IMG/VR virus record: IMGVR_UViG_3300031521_000015
DNA length: 64,000 bases
From: a virus
Direction: 5' to 3' (one strand)
Positions 19,561 through 27,800 of the stretch are shown one piece after another; positions within the stretch are counted from its first letter, which is position 1; every line of letters begins with the position of its first letter. The position numbers were made by a program, and so were the translations under genes. Below the pieces are notes generated by a model, which had not been told where the DNA came from, searched no databases, and was given only the letters and a program-made list of their open reading frames with translations.

Positions 19561-20307
19561 ATCTTCACTATTAAGGAATTCAGCAGTGTCTTTTAATTTT
19601 TCTAATTCATTATCTGTTAGTTTGCCAAGTCCACCATTTTCATAAATGTGTTGTATATCATCTAAAAATTTTATAAATCGTGCATTATCTTTGTCTGAAT
19701 AGTGTTTTAGAAAACGATGAAAGGCGTCATAAAATTTTTCAACTTTTAAATTAGTTGTAAAATAATCATATCCTTTGTATTTTTCAAAAATTTGTATTAC
19801 AGATGGTTCAAAATTCAAATTTGTAAAAAGTCCGTCTAATAAATTATCAATAAAGTTTGAAATTAGTTTATCAAGTTCTAATTCAGAATCGAATCTTTTG
19901 TGATACTCTGATGAAATTTTTCTAACTTCTTCGATTTCATCAGGACTCATTCCCTCCATAGGGTCTTCGAACTTATTTGGTTCAAGGTATGTTATAATTC
20001 TTTCTTGCATTGTATTTAAGTCTACACCTTTTGTAACTACTAAATTTTGTGGAACAGGTATATTTTTTATTGATTGTTCAATTACACTAGATGGATATTT
20101 TATTGGGAAATTATAGTTAGTTTCAAATAAAGATTCAAAAGAAACTCTAAAGAAACTGCACAGAGCATCAATATGATTTTTTGGAAGACTTTCAAAAGTG
20201 TCGTTGCAATATCTCCCTATTGTATTCCTATTAATTCCTGTTCCCTCTGATAATTCTTTTTGAGTAATATTATAAAAGGTCATATATGTGTTTAATCTTG
20301 ATTTCAT
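19546..20307 (-). CDS. XRE/Cro-C1 family transcriptional regulator
   Basis: ITQKELSEGTGINRNTIGRYCND HTH; GAGGTG RBS; only large minus-strand gene. Confidence 0.85.
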   Translation of the reverse strand: MKSRLNTYMTFYNITQKELSEGTGINRNTIGRYCNDTFESLPKNHIDALCSFFRVSFESLFETNYNFPIKYPSSVIEQSIKNIPVPQNLVVTKGVDLNTMQERIITYLEPNKFEDPMEGMSPDEIEEVRKISSEYHKRFDSELELDKLISNFIDNLLDGLFTNLNFEPSVIQIFEKYKGYDYFTTNLKVEKFYDAFHRFLKHYSDKDNARFIKFLDDIQHIYENGGLGKLTDNELEKLKDTAEFLNSEDKQKD

Positions 20308-20328
20308 ATTACATTCACCTCTTAATTA

Positions 20329-20437
20329 ATTATATACTATATCAAGAAATGTTTCAATAATGATATTTAGAAGTTTAAATAAAAAACATAAAAGTTTTTA
20401 AAAAGGTATTGCAATGTTTCTAAAGTGGTATTATAAT
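20329..20437. promoter_or_regulatory. Divergent SigA promoters with candidate operator repeats
   Basis: Minus: TTGAAA(20357)-17-TATAAT(20334). Plus: TTGCAA(20409)-17-TATAAT(20432). AATGTTTC at 20348 and 20413 overlaps both -35 boxes. Confidence 0.7.
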
Positions 20438-20567
20438 GAACATATGGTAAACAAAACAAACATTACCAAATAAAAATAAGGCGATAACTAAATAAGCTAC
20501 CACCAAAATACCTCGCAAGTATTATTGTAGCATAGTTATTCCTGAAAAATCAAGGGAGATGTGTTAA

Positions 20568-21257
20568 ATGGGACAAGTATTAACAACTGAAAATGTAATG
20601 GAAATGAATTGTACAAAGGAGTTATTTATTCAATATGGTCGTTTTTGTGAAAGACATGGGATTAAAAATTATAGTGATATAAATAATTATGAAGATTATT
20701 TAAATTGTAATGCAACTAATTGGGAGAAATATATTGATCTAAATAAACAAGGTAAGAAGTGTTATATAAAAATTATTATCAAACAACAAATAATTAATTT
20801 TATTGAAAAACTAATTTCTAATGAATATAAGGTGATTTTAATAGATGGTAAAAGTCCAATTCTAATAGATGATGATTTAGAATATTATTTATACGAGTTA
20901 TTAGATGATATATTGTATATAACAAGACAAGGTGACGAATTGAAGGTCATACATAATGATAAAACTAAAATAAAATTAACAGGCTATAAAGATATGAGTG
21001 GTGTAGAAATTTTTGCTAGACAATATCTTGATACTTGTCAGTATGGGGATTTAATTGTAAAGGACTCATTAGAACAAGTTGAATTTAGAGATGATAATTT
21101 TAGGCATACAAAGGATCTTTACAATAGATGCAAGGATATAACTAATATAAGAACAGTTTCAGAAGATAATGAACATTATAGCATGAATTGGGATTGTATT
21201 ATCGTTGGATATAGAAAAGATAATAATTATATAGAACAAATTTGGCAAAGATGCTAA
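20568..21257 (+). CDS. Hypothetical protein, 229 aa
   Basis: AGGGAG RBS; own promoter. Confidence 0.75.
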   Translation: MGQVLTTENVMEMNCTKELFIQYGRFCERHGIKNYSDINNYEDYLNCNATNWEKYIDLNKQGKKCYIKIIIKQQIINFIEKLISNEYKVILIDGKSPILIDDDLEYYLYELLDDILYITRQGDELKVIHNDKTKIKLTGYKDMSGVEIFARQYLDTCQYGDLIVKDSLEQVEFRDDNFRHTKDLYNRCKDITNIRTVSEDNEHYSMNWDCIIVGYRKDNNYIEQIWQRC

Positions 21258-21278
21258 ATAAACAATTAAAATTAAATA

Positions 21279-21420
21279 TTGCAAGAAGTATAAACTATGG
21301 TATACTGGATATAATAATAGAAAAAGGACGAATTGCAGTTCGCCCATAGATTCTAAGTCTTATGCTCTTGCGTTAGGTTTCCGTGTTCTACTTCAGAAAA
21401 CCTAAAATGAGAGCTATTAT
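21279..21420 (+). ncRNA. Candidate type I antitoxin RNA with its promoter
   Basis: TTGCAA(21279)-16-TATACT(21301) with TG extension; no plus-strand ORF follows. Transcript is antisense to the 3' end of the small hydrophobic ORF; 3' end estimated. Confidence 0.55.
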
Positions 21421-21525
21421 TATGTCTTTACTTATACCGTTCTCATTAGCATAAATAATTAGTTTGATGGTTATAGCGAATAAAATTACCTTTATAAGAC
21501 TTTCAATTATGTACCCCATATTCAT
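21388..21525 (-). CDS. Candidate type I toxin, 45-aa hydrophobic peptide
   Basis: AAGGAGGTG RBS; MNMGYIIESLIKVILFAITIKLIIYANENGISKDIIIALILGFLK; minus-strand terminator about 21322-21346. Confidence 0.65.
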   Translation of the reverse strand: MNMGYIIESLIKVILFAITIKLIIYANENGISKDIIIALILGFLK

Positions 21526-21809
21526 TTAAAAAACACCTCCTTTTAAGTATTTTGCCATAAAAACACTTATTAATAATTTATATGGTAAAATACTTAAAAG
21601 AATTAGGTAGAACATTATTAGGGGACACAAGACTAATATTATATAGTTCAAAATTTATAGTTTTAATAAAATGTAAATCCCTTTATTTATATTTTAACTT
21701 TCTCTATACAATACAGTGATTATATTATACCATAAATGTATAAAAATGGATATGAAATTGAAAATAAAATTGATTATAATTTGCTCGTAAGAGTGTTATA
21801 ATATATAGT

Positions 21810-21931
21810 AGGAAGAAATAAATATAATAAGTAGTCGACGATTTGTTATATTGAATGGGTTAGCTCCAATTAACCTTTCTTCCTTTTTTATTTAATATTG
21901 GAGAAATAAATTATATTGGAGGAATTTAAGA
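21810..21931 (+). ncRNA. Structured 5' leader, copy C (palindromic loop GTCGAC)
   Basis: Follows TGtTATAAT 21794-21802. P1 21810-21818/21876-21884; P2 21821-21832/21841-21852; P3 21858-21863/21870-21875. CTCCAAT pairs with ATTGGAG 21897 or 21915 (SD). Confidence 0.8.
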
Positions 21932-23551
21932 ATGGAAGGAAATAGACAATTAAATCAAGAAGAATATATGGAGATTATTGAAAAATTTAAGGAAAATAAT
22001 AGAGAAGATTATGAGAGTGGTAAATGTAAAAAGATATTTTTGGAATGTTTGCCTAGATGGGGAAAAGGTGGAAAAGCAAAAGAAGGTAGTATAAATTGGA
22101 TTGAATCAGTGAATAAAAATTATTATATATTTTTTATATATGGTGTTCATGAGGATTATATAAGATTAATAGATTATTCATATGATAAACAATTAAAAAT
22201 AACAATTGAATATTATGGTGAAAACTTAAGTTTAAATGCAGGGAGCATTAATAATTGTCAAATAGGCAAACTATTCAATATAAGGAATAAAGAATATTTA
22301 TATAATAGAGGTGATATTGTCAAAGGAAAGCATTCAAATTTATTGATATTAGAACAATTAATTATTAAATCAAACTATAGTTATAAAGTTAAAGGATATA
22401 AATATAAATGTTTGTCATGTGGAGATATAGATGAAATTTCTCAAAGAGATATTCTACGTGGAGTAGGTTGTGAAATTTGTTGTCCAAATTCTCAAAAAGT
22501 CGTAAAAGAGATAAATTCTATATGGAAAACGAACCTAGAACTAGTTAAATACTTTGTAAACGAAGAAGATACTTGGAAATACACAATTGGTAGCCATAAA
22601 AAAGTGTGGTTTAAGTGTTTGGACTGTTATTATAGAAAAGAAATGACTATTGATAATTTTGTAAGGAACGGATTTTCATGTAATAAATGTGGGGATGGTA
22701 TTTCAGTGCCAAATAAAATAATGTTTAATGTGTTAGAACAACTAAATGTTCAATTTGAAGCAGAAAAGAAAGTAGAATGGTGTAAATTTTTATATAAAAA
22801 TAAACGAAGACAAGGTTATTATGATTTCTATTTTGAGCAAGATGGCAAAAAATACATTATAGAAATGGATGGGGGTCTAGGTCATGGTAAGGGGAATTTT
22901 AAGAATAATATGACTGCTAAAGAATCACAATTTATTGATGATGAAAAAGATAGATTAGCTATTGAACATGGAATTGAAGTAATTAGAGTTGACTGTGACC
23001 ATCGTATGTACTATGGATTTGATTATATAAAAAATAATATATTATCTAATGTTAATATAAATAATTTGTTTTTATTAGCCAATATTGATTGGAGTAAGGT
23101 TTTGAAATTTGTTTCGTCAAGTAGAATCAAAGAAGCTTGTGATTTATGGAATATCGGTATTCATAGTACAACTGAAATTTCCAAAATTATGAAGATGAGC
23201 AGAACAACAATTTGCACGTATTTAAAAATAGGATTTGAACTGAAAATAACAGATTATACTGTGGAAATTTCAAAAAATATTAATAATAATAATACTATAG
23301 AAAGAAATAAACAAAAGTTAAGTACTAAAATAATTTGTATAGAAAATGGTATTATATTTAATTCCATTTCTGAATGTGAATTAAATAGTTTTAAAATATT
23401 TGGAATAAAAATGTTTAATAGTGCTATAACTAAAGTATGTCAAGGGAAACAGCAACATCATCAAGGATATCAATTTAGATACTTAAAAGACCTTACCGAA
23501 GAACAAATAAAAGAAATTCAAGAAAATGCAAAATTAAATCAAGCAATATAA
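21932..23551 (+). CDS. Free-standing putative homing endonuclease, paralogue of 14764 and 30821
   Basis: Same N-terminus (KKIFLECLP..INW), CxxC ribbons, YYDFY..IIEMDGGLGH, NUMOD1-like end. Confidence 0.75.
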   Translation: MEGNRQLNQEEYMEIIEKFKENNREDYESGKCKKIFLECLPRWGKGGKAKEGSINWIESVNKNYYIFFIYGVHEDYIRLIDYSYDKQLKITIEYYGENLSLNAGSINNCQIGKLFNIRNKEYLYNRGDIVKGKHSNLLILEQLIIKSNYSYKVKGYKYKCLSCGDIDEISQRDILRGVGCEICCPNSQKVVKEINSIWKTNLELVKYFVNEEDTWKYTIGSHKKVWFKCLDCYYRKEMTIDNFVRNGFSCNKCGDGISVPNKIMFNVLEQLNVQFEAEKKVEWCKFLYKNKRRQGYYDFYFEQDGKKYIIEMDGGLGHGKGNFKNNMTAKESQFIDDEKDRLAIEHGIEVIRVDCDHRMYYGFDYIKNNILSNVNINNLFLLANIDWSKVLKFVSSSRIKEACDLWNIGIHSTTEISKIMKMSRTTICTYLKIGFELKITDYTVEISKNINNNNTIERNKQKLSTKIICIENGIIFNSISECELNSFKIFGIKMFNSAITKVCQGKQQHHQGYQFRYLKDLTEEQIKEIQENAKLNQAI

Positions 23552-23607
23552 AATAATTGGAATTTTTACCTAATATATGGTATATTATACTATGAGGTGA
23601 TTATTCT

Positions 23608-24231
23608 ATGAAGGGAAAATTATTAAAATTAAAAGGTTTTATAAAAGAACATAAAAAATCGAGTATTATAAGTTTGATTGTAATTGCATTAATATTAGTT
23701 GCAAGTTATATAGGATATTTTAATTATGGAATAGGAATGTCAGAGAAACAAAAGACTAATAGAATAAATTTAACATTGTCAACTAAAAATTATAATAAAG
23801 CTAGGGATATGACAAATATATACTTCAAAGGAACTGATGCACAATCGTCAGCAATAAATAAACTTTTCGTATCAACAATTGACCTATGTGAACAATCTAA
23901 TACTGGAAGTTTAGAAGAAGCTATGAATCAATATAAGGCTTTAAAAGATCATATTGATTCATTAAAAATAATTAAAACAGAAATAGTTAATCCTAAATAT
24001 TCTAGTGGCTATCAAAATATTGAAATAACTGTACAAAATAATGGCAAAGAAAATATAAGTTATGTAAAAATAGGCTTAGATTTCAAAGATAAAAATGGTA
24101 ATATAATTCAATCAGATTGGACGAATGATGACTCTATTATAAAACCAAATGCAACACAAAAATTAACTAAAATGGTATCTAAAGATATTAAATATGATAC
24201 AGTGCAATCAGAAATATTAGACTTTAAATAA
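23608..24231 (+). CDS. Membrane-anchored protein with C-terminal FxLYD-like domain (moron)
   Basis: Basic N-terminus plus TM helix; V.NNG...SYVKI...FKDKNGNIIQSD..IKP pattern; own terminator. Confidence 0.7.
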   Translation: MKGKLLKLKGFIKEHKKSSIISLIVIALILVASYIGYFNYGIGMSEKQKTNRINLTLSTKNYNKARDMTNIYFKGTDAQSSAINKLFVSTIDLCEQSNTGSLEEAMNQYKALKDHIDSLKIIKTEIVNPKYSSGYQNIEITVQNNGKENISYVKIGLDFKDKNGNIIQSDWTNDDSIIKPNATQKLTKMVSKDIKYDTVQSEILDFK

Positions 24232-24262
24232 GACTTAGATAAAATATTCTAAGTCTTTTTAT
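24230..24262 (+). terminator. Intrinsic terminator
   Basis: AAGACTTAGA/TCTAAGTCTT plus T run. Confidence 0.75.
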
Positions 24263-24291
24263 TATGCAGAAATGAAGGAGAGAAATAAAAT

Positions 24292-24828
24292 ATGGGAAAT
24301 TTATTAGAAAAACATCAAAAAAATGCGTATAGATATAAAAATAAAGACCTCATTTTGTATCATCCAAGTGACGAACAATACGAGGAAATCAAACAATTGG
24401 TAAAAGATAGTATACAAATAGATAAAGAGATGAACATAAGTGGAGAATTACAATTTAAAAGTGTAAGGTTTATAATAAGGGAAATTACTTCAATTGGACA
24501 CTCCATAGATGAATACGGTGACAATGAAGTTCAAGAAAAATTAGATAATGGTGATAGAACACTAGTTTTATTATATAGAGAAATTGAAACATTCATTACT
24601 GAAATAGTAGATGATATATTCTATGATTATACACAACAAATTAAATTAATGGATAACTTATTAAATATAACAAATAGTAACGATAATTTAGAGAGAATGA
24701 AAGTAAAAATGAATAAATTCTTTAAGAAATATAAAATTAATATGCAATTTGAAGATTTTATGAAAATAGCAAATGACCCAAATGCGATACGGGAATTGAC
24801 CAAAAAATTAAATATAAAAACCAAGTAA
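24292..24828 (+). CDS. Putative tail assembly chaperone
   Basis: Directly upstream of tape measure gene; helical. Confidence 0.5.
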   Translation: MGNLLEKHQKNAYRYKNKDLILYHPSDEQYEEIKQLVKDSIQIDKEMNISGELQFKSVRFIIREITSIGHSIDEYGDNEVQEKLDNGDRTLVLLYREIETFITEIVDDIFYDYTQQIKLMDNLLNITNSNDNLERMKVKMNKFFKKYKINMQFEDFMKIANDPNAIRELTKKLNIKTK

Positions 24829-24862
24829 AGAAGTGCCAAATAATCGGTACTTCTTTTATTTT
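24828..24862 (+). terminator. Intrinsic terminator just before tape measure gene
   Basis: AAGAAGTGCC/GGTACTTCTT plus T tail. Confidence 0.7.
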
Positions 24863-24891
24863 TGTGTAAATGAAAGGAGATAAGATTATAA

Positions 24892-27800
24892 ATGGCATAT
24901 CAAAATTCAATTAGTTTAGGGATAAAATTACAACCCACTAGTGAGATACAAACTGAATTAAAAACTGCAATAGAACAATTAAATAAAAATTCAAGTATAG
25001 ATTTAAAAATAGATACAACACAGGTCAATAAATCATTAAAGGAATTTAGTAATACATTAGATAATATTAATAATAAATTAAAGAATGGATTTAATTTTCA
25101 AGGGGTTTTTAATAATCAAGCAATTGGTGTAGAAGTAGTAACAAATAAATTAAAAGAAGAACAAAAAGCAATTGAACAAACTGAAAATGCTATGAAAACT
25201 TTATCTAGTACTAAAATGGGCAATTCTGATTCTAATGGTAATATAACAGAAACATTAAAAACTGTCGAACAATTGCAAATTGGTATTGGTAATACAACTA
25301 AATTAACTACTGATTTAGCAACTGGTTTAAAAACTGCTAGTAATACAGAAAATTTTCAAAAATTAGAAAATATAATTGATAATTTACAAAGCAAATTAAG
25401 TAAGTCTAGTAATAATAAATTTATAAATGAATCAGTAATTACTGAATTACAAAATCGATTAAATTCAATAAATACAAATTCTGCCGACAAAGAATTTAAA
25501 GAATTACAAACTACTATTAACAACTTAGGCAGTTCAGATAGCCAAATAGTTCGTTTGCAAAATACAATAAGTAAAATGGAATCTAGCCTTACTTCTATGA
25601 AAAGCAAGTATGGAAGTTTAGTAGGTGATAGTAGTTCAAAATCTTCACTAGATGCTTATATATCTGAAATAGAAAAGTTAAAAACATTAATGGCTAGTTT
25701 GCAAAATGGAGGCACTATTAGTGGAAGTAAGTTAGCCTCTGAATTAAATCAAGGAACTGAAGCGAGCAGAAATCTATCTAATTCGGTAAAAAATAGTAGT
25801 AATGCATTAAAATTAGCGACTACAGATAGTGAAACGTTTGGACAATCAATTAAACGTGCATTAAGCAATACTGGACTTTACCTTGGAACTTATCAAGCAG
25901 TTCAAATGTTATCTAATTCTTTTAGAGACGCTATCACTTATGTAGTTCAATTAGATAGTGCAATGACAAATTTAAAAAAAGTAACTCAAGAAACAAATCA
26001 AACATATTCAAGTTTTTTAAATCAAGCACATGATATTGCTATGGAATATGGTTCTCAGGCTGATAAAGTTGTTGATGCAACTACTTCTTGGGCAAAAACA
26101 GGAGAATCTTTAAAAAATGCTACAGAATTAGCTAAAAACACTATGCTATTAACAAAAGTTGGTGATATTGATAGTGTCGCAATGGCTCAACAATATATGA
26201 TTGCCCCACTAAAAGCATTTCAGATAGAAGCAAGTAAAAGTATAACATTAATTGATAAATATAATAATATTTCTAATAATATGGCTACAAGCACTACAGA
26301 TTTAGGCGAGGCCCTTTCAAAATCTGCAAGTAGCATGTCTACTGCTGGAAATACCTTAGACCAAACATTGGCTATAATATCAACTGCTGAATCACAAACA
26401 AAATTAGGTGGAGATGTTGTGGGTCAAGCCCTAAAATCTGTCTCCCTTAGAATAGCATCATTTAAAGATGAGAATGGAGAATTAATACCTAAATTTGAGA
26501 AACAGTTAAGTGCTTTAGGTGTTACTATGAGAGATACCACAACTGGACAAATACTACCAACTTTTGACATATTACAACAAGTTGGAGAAAAATTCAAAAC
26601 AATGAATACAAACGATAAATTAAATGTAAGTGAACTTTTAGGTGGTAAATTACAGGCAAATGTAATTAGTTCCGTATTGAATAATGTAGATGAATTGAAT
26701 AGAGCGTATAGTTTAGCACAAAATAGTTCAAATAGTGCGATGAATGAATTTAAAACCTATCAACAAGGAGTACAATATAGTATTGACCAATTGAAAGAAT
26801 CTATTTCAAATATGTATAAAGAATCAATGAACTCATCTAGTTTAAAATCGTTTGTAGACTCTTTAACAATAATGGTTAGCACATTTGGAAATTTAAAAAC
26901 GGTAATAGCAGTTGCAACTACGGCTTTTTTATTATTTAAAGGGCAAGCTATTACAAGTGCAATTGCCAGTTTAGGTTCGTATATATCAACTTTATTTTCA
27001 GTAGTGAAAGCAGAAGGTGCATTAACTGTTGCGACAGCAGAATTAGATATAGCTCTATCTACTAATCCTTTTGGATTAATTGCAATGGCTATTACAGGAG
27101 TTATTGTTGTTATGGACGCTTTAACAACTTCCCAAAATAACTTAAAACAATCTAATGCAGAATACGTACAATCACTACAAACTAGTAATCCAAACCAAGG
27201 ACAAGAATTATTAAATAATTATAAAAAATTAGAGTCTGAGCTATCAACATTAAAACAAGGTACACAAGAATATAAAACTAAAGAAGAAGAATTAGCAACT
27301 GCACAACAATCGTTAATAAGTTTATATCCTCAAGCTTCTTCGGCAATAGATGAAAATACAGGTAAAAAGAAATTAAATGCAGATGCGACACAAAAGTTAA
27401 TTGACAAAGATAAAGAATTAGCACAGGCAAAAGCAATTGAAACATTGAGCAATAACAAAGTTGGCAATACTGACGATGTAGCAAAGATGGTTGAAGCGTA
27501 TAAAAAAGCACAGGAAGAAATGAAAAGATTGACTGAGGATTATAATAATGGAGTAACAAGTCAAGAAGTAATTTCAATAGGAGCTAACGGACCTCATAAG
27601 AGTTCTGTTAGTACAGATAGTCAATTAAAAGATACAACCAAAGAATATGAAGATTATAAACAAAAAATATTAGCAGTTCAGTCTGCATTGAGTTCTCTAG
27701 ATAGTAAGAACACAAAATTTGCAGGTTCTTTAGATGAAGTAAATAATGCAATGGGAAATAGTTCAGAAAAAACTGATGATAACACTAAGGTTATAAATGA

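Noticed and set aside
24292-24891. Programmed -1 frameshift in the tail chaperone
   Set aside because: No convincing slippery heptamer with a downstream open frame; a terminator follows the stop.
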